Assembly (NCBI GenBank): GCA_963827165.1
Contig: CAWGZR010000005.1
Span: 608,001 to 672,000, forward strand
Direction of reading: 5' to 3'
From: Candidatus Bathyarchaeota archaeon
GTDB taxonomy: Archaea > Thermoproteota > Bathyarchaeia > Bathyarchaeales > Bathycorpusculaceae
DNA: 64,000 nt
Made by a program: the position numbers and the translations under genes. Below, piece by piece: positions 1 to 9,143 of the stretch (within the stretch, counting starts at the first letter, position 1; each line of letters opens with the position of its first letter). The notes beneath the pieces are model-generated. The model was given only the letters and a program-made list of their open reading frames with translations. It was not told the origin of the DNA and searched no databases.

Positions 1-48
1 GCTTCTTTGCATAATTGTAGGTGTTAAGTTATTCTTTCAGGTTATCTT

Positions 49-291
49 ATGCTTCCAGTTCCCTCTTACACGCAGCAATACGTTAGGTGCCCAAACTGCG
101 GTTCACAAATAACCGCGAATTCTAACTACTGCAACTTCTGCGGAATCGCGCTCCATCAACCCGTCCTGCTCAAAATATGCCCCGGATGCAGCACGAAAAT
201 TCCTGCCAAATCGAAATTCTGTCCCGAATGCGGCAAGAAACAGCCCGCGGAAGCAACCCTGCAGAAGCCTACAGGGGATACCCAGCGCTAG
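49..291 (+). CDS. double zinc ribbon protein
   Basis: Four CxxC pairs (CPNC, CNFC, CPGC, CPEC). Confidence 0.75.
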   Translation: MLPVPSYTQQYVRCPNCGSQITANSNYCNFCGIALHQPVLLKICPGCSTKIPAKSKFCPECGKKQPAEATLQKPTGDTQR

Positions 292-757
292 CTTTGGCGG
301 TCAAGCCTTCAAGCCAAATTTGATGCTGCTTCTTCATCTGCTGTGGTCGAAGAGCCTTTCCAAATCGGGCGAGCCATCCACGCTGCGTTTCCTCTGTTAT
401 CACAGTGCAGCCTGAAGGCGTTTTTTGGATAAGCCACGCATGGTAAGCATCAAACCCGTTGCGATGTGCATCCCAAGCCAGCCGCTCATCGGGTACGAAT
501 TCAAGCACGGAGGAAACTATAGTTATGCCAAAAGTTTTCCAGTGGAATTGTGTTCCTAAGGCGAGGTCAGGTGGTTGGCCTTTTAGAAACTGGATATCGG
601 ATGAGTTAGGATACCATGTCGGCCAAAGTTGTGCCCGTATTAGCCATGCCCACACAATTTCGGGACGCGCACTCATTGCAAGTTCGTTGTGGACGTGGAT
701 TGGACTTTTTTCCGGTTGAAAACCGTCCGGCCAAAAGATTTGGTTTGGATTCGCCAT
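269..757 (-). CDS. SRPBCC/START-fold (polyketide cyclase-like) protein
   Basis: 'ARPEIVWAWL..AQLWPTWYP' and 'VLEFVPDERLAW' patterns; 162 aa. Confidence 0.8.
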   Translation of the reverse strand: MANPNQIFWPDGFQPEKSPIHVHNELAMSARPEIVWAWLIRAQLWPTWYPNSSDIQFLKGQPPDLALGTQFHWKTFGITIVSSVLEFVPDERLAWDAHRNGFDAYHAWLIQKTPSGCTVITEETQRGWLARFGKALRPQQMKKQHQIWLEGLTAKASAGYPL

Positions 758-873
758 GTAAAAAGCCTCATTTTTACTTAGTTTGTTCTAAGCTAAAAAC
801 CTGACTATTCCACAAAAACAGGTTATGGGTTGCCTGCTAAAATCGGGTATTTGCTAAAGAAAGTTGCTCATTT

Positions 874-3339
874 TCATGACTGTTTTGTCTGTAGCGTTTT
901 TGAGGCTTCGTCTGACGCCACGGTTAAGTTTTCTCTGGTTGCAGGGTTTATGTCTTGGGCGACCGTTTTAGGCTGTTCGCTTGTTTGCAGTTGCTGGGGT
1001 TGGACCTGTTTCCAGGCAACCATCACTTTCTTCTTAAACGCTTCTTCAAACATGTCTTTTTTCTTAGCTGCAGCGAACTCCTCTAAAATAGGGCTCAAAC
1101 TCACAAGACCCACAACAGTTACGTACTCGAAAGCTACGTGAACTTCCAAGCTTTGAACTATTGATTGGTGAGAGAAGTCCAAACCGTCGGCTAAACGCAA
1201 AATGCCCGCTAAAATCTTGACTTTTTCTTTTAATTCGGCTGTAAGTGATGTGAAGCTGTAATCCTTGTTTTTTGGGCTGCTCTTGCGATGGTATCTGGCT
1301 ATGTTACCTATTAATTGTCTCTCGACCGATGTAAATGGGAGTTTGGTCTCGTTTAGGATGATTTTTAAAGTGTTTTTCTGGTGTCCCTTGGGTCCTCGTG
1401 CCAAGCCAATGTCATGAAGAATAGCGGCGCATTCTAGCCAGCATCGTTCTCTTTTGCCGAGCATATGTAAGTCCTGCAGGGAGTCGAAAAGTTCCAGAGA
1501 TAGCTTTCTCACTTGCTCCGGATGCATTAGTTCTGGCCAATAAGTTTGCAAAATGATTTGGCTGCTCCTAGTCACCTCGCCGCATTTTTCTTCCATATCC
1601 TTCTGTTTAGCTTCGTCTTCAGCGATTATCTTCTCCAAAGACAGTCCCCGAAGCAGCATTTGGGCGTAGCTTTCAGGAGCACCTCTCCTTCTTAGGGCGT
1701 CTGCAGACGCCGCCACGTCATAATCGACTCTGATTAACTCAACAGAAAATGGGTTGACTGTGATCATTGCGTAGGCAGCCTGAGGGTTTCCATCGCCAGG
1801 TCTCCCGGCGCTTCCTGGATTAATGAACAGGGCTCCATCCGCTTTTTTTGTAAACTGATCGTGCGAATGACCAAAAATGATGATGTCAGCGCCTGATGTT
1901 TTAGCTAATTCTTGAAATCTCTGCTCAGGTGTATCATGGTATAGGTGTTCGTCAATTGAGACAGGGGATCCGTGAACTACGAGAAATTTTTTGTGAGCGA
2001 TTTCAAGCTCGAGTTTGAGGGGCAAGGTGTGAAGGTAAGTTTCATGAGATTTTTCTAACACCTTTCTAGCGTATTCCACCGAGAATTTCTTTGCGCCTTT
2101 GACTTTCTTATTCCTATCCAAGATTTCTAGGTCAAGATTGCCAATAACACTAAGCGTATTGTTTGAGTACAGCATTTCGATGATTTCGTTTGGAAAAGCC
2201 CCAAACCCCATCATGTCACCTGCGTTTAAGAAAACCGTAATTCCACGTGTTTTCGCGTCCTCAAGCACCGCTTCAAGAGCATTTAGGTTCCCATGAACAT
2301 CAGAAATTACACCGATTTTGACGTAGGGATTTGACAGTTCCGCCTGCGTTCTGTATCCTGCGGCTGTAAACCCGGCACTGGCGTTTTTCCTTAATTCCTC
2401 AAAGGCGTTTTTGCTTTTGTTTTCATCCCAAAAACTTACGAAACTTCGATATTCGTTCGCTCGTGTTTCTTTAATGAAGTCAAGAAACTTTAGGAGACTC
2501 TGGTCGCTCTCAATTGCACTCTGCCCATTTTCTGGGATATTTGGCATCTCCCTTCCTATTTCTTCAATGAATTTTGGGATACTCTGAACCCATACATCGC
2601 AATCGTGCATTTCGCCGAGAGTATCTTGAAAATTCTTCATCATTTTTATTTCTTCAGAGAGCTCTCCCTTGTAAAGAGGCGCAAAGACTTCCAAGGTGTA
2701 CCTAAGCCATTTGGCTCGGATCCGCATTTCGTGATGTTTGAGGATTTCGTTTTCCTTATGGACGTATTCTTCCATAGCTAAGAAATCGTCTAGTTTGGAG
2801 GATATTTGCCAGAAGGCCTTTTCGCGAACAGCGAACAAGTTGAAAGGGGTGTTGGCTGCTTCTTTTATTATTTGTTCGCATTGACTTGCCGTTTGCTGGA
2901 TAACTTTTGACTTTTTAAGTTCTTCAAGCCCATCGATAATCCCCATTTGTAAGCCTGTTCTCTGGTTAATGTGCCGCTCAGCCAATGCTTCCATCCCTTT
3001 TTTGGGCTCTGCGGGTTGAAGATTTTCAATGTAGTTTTTTATGAATAAAACTTGAACGTCTAAGTCTCTGGCCGCGCCCAAGAACTGTGTTACTTTTTTT
3101 ATTTCTTTTAGCCATTTTTTGTACCCTTTCTTTGGGAAACATTCTTTGAAGAGGGGCATTGCTGCTCGTATTCTTCGGGAGCTTACGCGCATTTTGTGGA
3201 CGTATTCTATGTCTTCGTTCTTTTCAACGCCTTCTGTTTGCGCTTCGATGGTTGAAAGGAGTTTCGCAAGGGCTTCAGCTCCAAAACGGCAATAGCTAGA
3301 ATCTATTATGGTGCAGTTAGGGTCAAAGCAGGTGTTCAT
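874..3339 (-). CDS. CHAD-metallophosphoesterase (YfcE-like)-HD fusion protein, paralog 1
   Basis: CHAD motifs VHKMRVSSRRIR, HHEMRIRAKWLRY and FQDTLGEMHDCDV. Metallophosphoesterase motifs SDVHGN, GD, GN, HG, GHSH and NPGS. Ppx-type HD motifs LHDIG and ARYHRK. Confidence 0.9.
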   Translation of the reverse strand: MNTCFDPNCTIIDSSYCRFGAEALAKLLSTIEAQTEGVEKNEDIEYVHKMRVSSRRIRAAMPLFKECFPKKGYKKWLKEIKKVTQFLGAARDLDVQVLFIKNYIENLQPAEPKKGMEALAERHINQRTGLQMGIIDGLEELKKSKVIQQTASQCEQIIKEAANTPFNLFAVREKAFWQISSKLDDFLAMEEYVHKENEILKHHEMRIRAKWLRYTLEVFAPLYKGELSEEIKMMKNFQDTLGEMHDCDVWVQSIPKFIEEIGREMPNIPENGQSAIESDQSLLKFLDFIKETRANEYRSFVSFWDENKSKNAFEELRKNASAGFTAAGYRTQAELSNPYVKIGVISDVHGNLNALEAVLEDAKTRGITVFLNAGDMMGFGAFPNEIIEMLYSNNTLSVIGNLDLEILDRNKKVKGAKKFSVEYARKVLEKSHETYLHTLPLKLELEIAHKKFLVVHGSPVSIDEHLYHDTPEQRFQELAKTSGADIIIFGHSHDQFTKKADGALFINPGSAGRPGDGNPQAAYAMITVNPFSVELIRVDYDVAASADALRRRGAPESYAQMLLRGLSLEKIIAEDEAKQKDMEEKCGEVTRSSQIILQTYWPELMHPEQVRKLSLELFDSLQDLHMLGKRERCWLECAAILHDIGLARGPKGHQKNTLKIILNETKLPFTSVERQLIGNIARYHRKSSPKNKDYSFTSLTAELKEKVKILAGILRLADGLDFSHQSIVQSLEVHVAFEYVTVVGLVSLSPILEEFAAAKKKDMFEEAFKKKVMVAWKQVQPQQLQTSEQPKTVAQDINPATRENLTVASDEASKTLQTKQS

Positions 3340-3511
3340 GTTAAACGCCTTATTGGTTGGTGGCGAAGCTTGACAGGTTCTTCCTTCTTGTTTTCCATTG
3401 CTTTGGTTGGAAAAACAAGAATCAAGATAGTCAACTCCCAGTTCGTAGGTTCTGAATTGCTAGTTTCAAGGTGTAGAAATAGTTAAATCCTTCTAGGAGT
3501 CTTACTGAAAT

Positions 3512-4132
3512 ATGAATTCTAAAACTTTAATGGAAACAGGATCCTCCGAATGGTTACCATTGAAAACGATAACCCTCGCAAATTTGCCTTCGGACAAAGG
3601 CGCCGTTGTTATAATTGTTGACAAAGAACTCTCTGGAAAACAAGAATCTGACATTTTATACATTGGACGGACAAAAAAACCCAGCAAAAGGATATTGGGT
3701 GGGTATCTGGCAGGCTATGGTGGAAAAAACACAAAAAAGATTAATCAGTTGCTTTTCGACCAAGGCTATATAGAAAAAGCCGCAGTTGGCTGGATTCTAA
3801 CGGAAAAACCGCGAATTATGCAAGAAGAACTACTCGCCAAATTTAAAGAAGAACACGGTGAATATCCCGTCTGGAACGCTAAAAAGAAACTCAGCGTAAA
3901 ACAAAAACAAGCTCCTCCAAAGCGCAAAGAAGTCCCCGCTCTTAAAGTAAAAACTCCACCTACGAAAGCTTCAACCGTAGCAAAGGGCACTCCAAAATCG
4001 AAAGTTGCTTCCACAAGGAAATCCGCTGCAAATTTGGAGTCAACAGCCAAAGCTGAGATGTCAAAGAAAGAAGAAAGCGCTGCAGAAACAACAGAAAAAG
4101 CAAAAGCCTCAGACACCGGAATGGCAACCTAA
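3512..4132 (+). CDS. hypothetical protein with a GIY-YIG-like N-terminal domain and Lys/Ala-rich low-complexity tail
   Basis: 'ILYIGRT..RI' and 'EEELL..FKEEHGEYPVWN' resemble archaeal GIY-YIG-like proteins. Confidence 0.55.
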   Translation: MNSKTLMETGSSEWLPLKTITLANLPSDKGAVVIIVDKELSGKQESDILYIGRTKKPSKRILGGYLAGYGGKNTKKINQLLFDQGYIEKAAVGWILTEKPRIMQEELLAKFKEEHGEYPVWNAKKKLSVKQKQAPPKRKEVPALKVKTPPTKASTVAKGTPKSKVASTRKSAANLESTAKAEMSKKEESAAETTEKAKASDTGMAT

Positions 4133-4147
4133 AGAGAGATTCTAACT

Positions 4148-4173
4148 ACTCTTCTTTTTTCTTTTTGTTTTTT
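4148..4173 (+). terminator. oligo-T terminator
   Basis: T-rich tract just after the stop at 4132. Confidence 0.5.
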
Positions 4174-4338
4174 GAGCCTTATGTTTTTCAAGATAGACTT
4201 TTCCCTAATTTTTTCTGTTTAGCTATCATTTACGGTTGAATCTGCGTTATTTTTTTTTTGAGTTTGGTCATTTCAATTCCGGCCAATGGAGTAGCTATTA
4301 TTAGGCACCGTAACTTATTCTCATTGAGGCAGTTTTAG

Positions 4339-5241
4339 ATGTCAATGGGCTCTGAAGATTTCAAGGTGTCACCTGGTAAAAAGAATAATTTGAAGGATTT
4401 TGACCCTTCTTGGATTCCTAAATGGGCCAAGAAACAGGAAGATGAAGAAGGTAAAAAAGCAACAAAAGACCAGGCGTCAGCTATTCTTGAAGCGAATACG
4501 CAGAAACTGATTGAGCTGCAGGAGTTATTTTGGGCAAGCCATTCTTATTCCATCCTGATTATTCTGCAAGGAATGGACGCAGCAGGAAAAGACAGCGTTA
4601 TCAGGCATGTGTTATCAGGCGTAAACCCTCAGGGCTGTCAAGTCACGGCTTTCAAAACACCCTCTGAAGAGGAATTGGATCATGATTTTCTATGGCGCAA
4701 CGTGAAAGCTCTTCCGGAAAAAGGAAGTATAGGGATTTTTAATCGTTCATACTACGAAGACGTGTTAATTGTCAAGGTTCGCCCCGAGGTATTGGAAAAA
4801 GAGATGTTGCCTTCGGACGTGGAGGGAAAACAGTTCTGGAGTCAACGGTATGAAGACATAAACATGTTTGAGCGGCACTTGGTTCGAAGTGGCACTGTGG
4901 TTTTGAAGTTCTTTCTGCACGTTTCGAAAGAGGAGCAGAAACAGCGTTTTCTTAAACGCCTTGAAGACCCGAAAAAAAATTGGAAGTTTTCACCAAATGA
5001 TCTTTCAGAACGCTCAAAGTGGGCAGATTATATGGATGCATACGAAGAAATGGTAAATGAAACTAGCACTGAATGGGCACCATGGTATATTATTCCTGCG
5101 GATAAAAAATGGGTTACGCATGCGTCTGTTTCTGAGATTATAGTGTCACAAATTGAGAAACTTGGTCTAAAGTATCCCGCCTTAACTAAAGAGCAAAAGG
5201 GAGCTTTGGAAAAGGCGAAAGCTGAGCTAGAAAATGAATAA
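4339..5241 (+). CDS. ppk2: polyphosphate kinase 2 family protein
   Basis: QGMDAAGKD Walker A, FNRSYYEDV, KNWKFSPND, WYIIPADKKW. Confidence 0.95.
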   Translation: MSMGSEDFKVSPGKKNNLKDFDPSWIPKWAKKQEDEEGKKATKDQASAILEANTQKLIELQELFWASHSYSILIILQGMDAAGKDSVIRHVLSGVNPQGCQVTAFKTPSEEELDHDFLWRNVKALPEKGSIGIFNRSYYEDVLIVKVRPEVLEKEMLPSDVEGKQFWSQRYEDINMFERHLVRSGTVVLKFFLHVSKEEQKQRFLKRLEDPKKNWKFSPNDLSERSKWADYMDAYEEMVNETSTEWAPWYIIPADKKWVTHASVSEIIVSQIEKLGLKYPALTKEQKGALEKAKAELENE

Positions 5242-5255
5242 ACTGGTTGAATCAC

Positions 5256-6842
5256 TTACACGTTTGGCGTGACTACGCAATGAACGTCTAGCTGCTTCTT
5301 GAAAGCTTCGTAGAACGCTTGTCGATTCTGGATGATGCTCCATTCTTCAAAGCTGCAGTCCGAATCTGAGTAAAACGATAGTAGTACCTGATCCTTGTTG
5401 ATTTTGACGAATTCGGCTTTCTTTACAAGTGCGCTGTGGCTGCGGTCAAGCTTTTCAGCAAACCTAAGAAACGTTGAAAGAATGGCGATACATTCCTTAG
5501 TTCGTTCATCCAAACCTGAGGTTTTAAGCGCTTTTCTTGAAGGCAACTTTTTGCGGTGAAAACGTGCGATGTTGCCCATCATTTGGATTTCTTTTCGATC
5601 AAAACCAAGAAGTTCCGCGTTACAAATGATGTAGTGAGAATGAAGCTGGTGATCATTAAATGAGAGAAAGTCGCCTACGTCATGCAAAATAGATGCGTAC
5701 TTCAAAAGTTCTTTTTCGGCCTCTCCCAAGTTGTGAAGCCCAATTTGTTTCGCGCTGTCAAAAAGCTGAAGCGCCAAAGAAGTCACAGCATCAGAATGTT
5801 TCTCATCAAAGTTGCAGGACCTGCCCAAATGCAAAACGCTCCTGTTCCTCATAGGAGTCTTTTGAAGCTCTCGGAACCCCTCAAATTTTGAAAGGTAATC
5901 AACCAGAAGTCCATCTCGAAGTTCTCTGCGGCTAACGGATATTTCTTCCAAACCTAACTCTTCCATAATCGCTTCCATGACGGCCGCTCCGGCAATTATG
6001 ATGTCGGCTCGATCAGGATTGATGGCGGGCAAGTTTTTTCTTTCTTCAAGCGACAAAGAGCATAGAATCGGCGCAAGTTTCCTTAGATTCTTTCTAGATA
6101 ATGTTAGACCGTTCCCATTTCCGTTGCCGTTCTTTTTGAATAGTTTGTTTGCTATTTCCGCTAAGTTTATGACTGTGCCCGATGACCCCCATGCCAATCT
6201 GACACCGTACTCTTGTACCTTAGTTTTTGCCACTCGAACTTTACCGCACGCATACTGCTTCATCTGCTTGTAGGTGTTTATGGCAATAGGCCCAGTCCAC
6301 CCCTCGCCAATGAACTGGGTTGTCATCCTAATTGCTCCCAGCTTTAGACTGTTCACGTAGAAGCATTGATATTGGTCTCCGATGCAAATCTCGGTGCTTC
6401 CACCGCCTAAATCTATAAAAATAGCCTTTTCCTCGCCGATATTCACACCGCTCGAAACGCCAAGACAAATCAAGCGGGCTTCTTCTTCCCCTGAAATCAC
6501 TTTTACCTTGAGCCCGGTTGCAGCCCGAAGTTTTTGAAGAAAATCAAGCTGGTTTTCGGCTTCTCGAATTGCTGAAGTCCCAACCGCTATTATTTCTGCA
6601 GCGCCGTAAGTCTTGGCAAGTTCAACAAATTTTCCACAGACGAAAATTGCTCGCTCCATGGCTTCTGGCTTGAGAATATTGTCTTTGAATTCTTGCTCGC
6701 CTAGCCGAATGACTTCTTTTTCTTGGCTGATGATTGTGTAAGAGAAATTGGGGTTTATCCTCACCACTAAAAGACGTACTGCATTCGTTCCGATGTCCAC
6801 GAAACCAACTATCTGCTCGGCGTTTTTTCCTGTTTCTTCCAT
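5256..6842 (-). CDS. ppx: exopolyphosphatase Ppx/GppA
   Basis: DIGTNAVRL, TSAIREA, SGEEEARL, DLGGGSTE, LRDGLL, and a C-terminal HD domain. Confidence 0.95.
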   Translation of the reverse strand: MEETGKNAEQIVGFVDIGTNAVRLLVVRINPNFSYTIISQEKEVIRLGEQEFKDNILKPEAMERAIFVCGKFVELAKTYGAAEIIAVGTSAIREAENQLDFLQKLRAATGLKVKVISGEEEARLICLGVSSGVNIGEEKAIFIDLGGGSTEICIGDQYQCFYVNSLKLGAIRMTTQFIGEGWTGPIAINTYKQMKQYACGKVRVAKTKVQEYGVRLAWGSSGTVINLAEIANKLFKKNGNGNGNGLTLSRKNLRKLAPILCSLSLEERKNLPAINPDRADIIIAGAAVMEAIMEELGLEEISVSRRELRDGLLVDYLSKFEGFRELQKTPMRNRSVLHLGRSCNFDEKHSDAVTSLALQLFDSAKQIGLHNLGEAEKELLKYASILHDVGDFLSFNDHQLHSHYIICNAELLGFDRKEIQMMGNIARFHRKKLPSRKALKTSGLDERTKECIAILSTFLRFAEKLDRSHSALVKKAEFVKINKDQVLLSFYSDSDCSFEEWSIIQNRQAFYEAFKKQLDVHCVVTPNV

Positions 6843-9142
6843 GCTAGCACCAATTTCTTTGCTAGGACTCTTTCAAACAAATCTTTCTTCTTATTAAAAG
6901 CCTGTTGCTCTAAGATCGATTCAGTCTCACACATGCATTGGACTGCTATTTTTTTGGTGCCTATTTTGAAGTTTAGAGCTTTCACATTTGATTGATGTGT
7001 GTAATCTAAACTGTCGGCGACGCGGAGCAAACCTGCTAAAATCTTTATAGTTTTTACTGTGCGGCGGTCTAACGATTTGAGGTTGTAGTGTTTCTGTTTA
7101 GGCAACCCTTTTCTGTGATAACGTGCGATGCTTGCTACAATACGCCTTTCCGTTGATGTGAACGGCAAAAGGGTATCGTTGAGTATAATTTTTGCTGTTT
7201 CTTTATGGTGTCCTCCTCTGCCTTTAGACAAGCCGACGTCATGCAGGATTGCGGCGTATTCGAGCCAGTGTTTCTCTCGCTCGCCCAGCTTATGGACACT
7301 GATTGTCCCGTCAAAAAACTGCAAAGAAAGCATATTTACCTGAAGATAATGTTCAGAATCGCCCCAATGCGTCTTCGCAAATTCCTGGCAAGACCTGAGT
7401 GTTAATTTGTTGTTTTTCAACGCCATTTTTTCTCTTTTTGCATCTTCTTTATTTATTGATTCGAGAGGAACACCTTGAAGAAGCATCTGCGCGAAACTTT
7501 CCGGTAAAGATTTTTTCCTAAGAGCGTCAGCGACTTCTTTCACATCGTAATCTAGCCGAATCATCTCAACATTGAATGGATCAAACTCCATTATAGCGTA
7601 AGCTGCCTGTGGGTTTCCATCGCCTGGTCTTCCCACGCTTCCAGGATTGACAAATAAGGTTCCGTTCACCTTACGCCTAAGTTGTTCATGAGAATGCCCT
7701 ATGACTATTAAATCAGCCTTTGCAGTTTCAGCGAGGTTGCTTAACCGCTCAATTGGGGCGTCATTGTAAATGTGCTCATCAATAGATTCAGGGCTTCCAT
7801 GAGTTACCAGCATTTTTTTTCCTGCAATTTCAAACCTGAGTTGACGTGGAAGCGAGCGAAGATACTCTTCATGGGAGCTGGTTAACTCTTTTCTCGCAAA
7901 TTTCAAAGCGAGGTTCTTTTCGCCTTTTTCTTTAGCTTTGCCCTCAATAACTTCAAGGTCAAAGTTTCCCAAAATGCTTGACACACTTTGTTCGCAAAGA
8001 AGCTCGATCACTTCGTTTGGGTAAGGTCCAAACCCAATCGAGTCACCTGCGTTGACAAAGACATCTATGCCTCTTTCTTTGGCATCTTGCAACACTTTTT
8101 CTAAAGCTTGCAGATTCGCATGAACATCGGATATTAAAGCAACTTTAACCTTGCGGTTTGTAAGTCCCAAATCAATTTTTGCCTCTATTTTCTTTAATTC
8201 AATTGTATTTTTAAAGTGTTCAAAAAAAGCCTCTTTCTGACTTTTATCCCATAACTGAACGAATTGACTATACTTTTCTTTTCTTTTTTGTTTTATGTAA
8301 TTTGTGAAAGTTGAAAGCTCCAATTCAACTTTTTTTCGCTCCACTTTTTTGTTTTTCTCAGGCTGCGTTGTAGATGTTACTTCTTCTATGAATTTGGGGA
8401 GGAGGTAGTCGATCCAGACGTCACACTCGTGCATTTCGCCAAGCACGTCTTGAAAAGCTTTCAATCTTTCTATTTCCGTAGTTAACTTGTTAGTGTAGAG
8501 CGGAGTGAAATGCTCCATTGTATAGCGAAGTTTCTTAGCACATATCCTCATTTCATGGTGCTTTAGGACCTCATTTTCCCGGTACACGTATTTTTCCATC
8601 GCCAGGAAATCGTCTATTCTGGAGGATATGAGCCAATGCGCTTTTTCCAGCACTATGTCTGGGTCAAAATTTTCACCAGTTTGCTCGCTGACTTGGTTGC
8701 AAAAACTGCGAATATCGCGAAGGACGCAGGTTCCCGTTAGCCTTTCCAAACCATCAACAACTGTCGATTGAAGGGCTTTTCTTTGCTCTTTGTGATGTTT
8801 AATAAGTAAGTCAAGACCCACCTTCTTAGTCGCAGGCTTTAGGCTTCCTAAGTACTGCTCTATTGACGCGATTTGAACATCAAGGTCTCTGGCGCTGGAA
8901 AGGAGGCGAGTTACTTTTTTTATTTCACGTCGCCATTTTCTGAATTCTTTTTTTGGAAAGCATGGCTTGAAAAGAGGAAGCGCTGCCCTGATTCTGCGGG
9001 AGGCAACACGCATCTTATGGACATATTCTATATCCCTGTTTTCTAGTACACCATCAATTTGGCTCTCAAAAGCATCGAGTTGCTTAAGCATTGTTTCGCA
9101 GCCGAATTTGCAGTAACTTGAGTCATCATTCTTCGTCAGCAT
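6809..9142 (-). CDS. CHAD-metallophosphoesterase-HD fusion protein, paralog 2
   Basis: Same tri-domain motif set as 874..3339; lies between ppk1 and ppx in one operon. Confidence 0.9.
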   Translation of the reverse strand: MLTKNDDSSYCKFGCETMLKQLDAFESQIDGVLENRDIEYVHKMRVASRRIRAALPLFKPCFPKKEFRKWRREIKKVTRLLSSARDLDVQIASIEQYLGSLKPATKKVGLDLLIKHHKEQRKALQSTVVDGLERLTGTCVLRDIRSFCNQVSEQTGENFDPDIVLEKAHWLISSRIDDFLAMEKYVYRENEVLKHHEMRICAKKLRYTMEHFTPLYTNKLTTEIERLKAFQDVLGEMHECDVWIDYLLPKFIEEVTSTTQPEKNKKVERKKVELELSTFTNYIKQKRKEKYSQFVQLWDKSQKEAFFEHFKNTIELKKIEAKIDLGLTNRKVKVALISDVHANLQALEKVLQDAKERGIDVFVNAGDSIGFGPYPNEVIELLCEQSVSSILGNFDLEVIEGKAKEKGEKNLALKFARKELTSSHEEYLRSLPRQLRFEIAGKKMLVTHGSPESIDEHIYNDAPIERLSNLAETAKADLIVIGHSHEQLRRKVNGTLFVNPGSVGRPGDGNPQAAYAIMEFDPFNVEMIRLDYDVKEVADALRKKSLPESFAQMLLQGVPLESINKEDAKREKMALKNNKLTLRSCQEFAKTHWGDSEHYLQVNMLSLQFFDGTISVHKLGEREKHWLEYAAILHDVGLSKGRGGHHKETAKIILNDTLLPFTSTERRIVASIARYHRKGLPKQKHYNLKSLDRRTVKTIKILAGLLRVADSLDYTHQSNVKALNFKIGTKKIAVQCMCETESILEQQAFNKKKDLFERVLAKKLVLAWKKQEKTPSR

Positions 9143-9143
9143 G

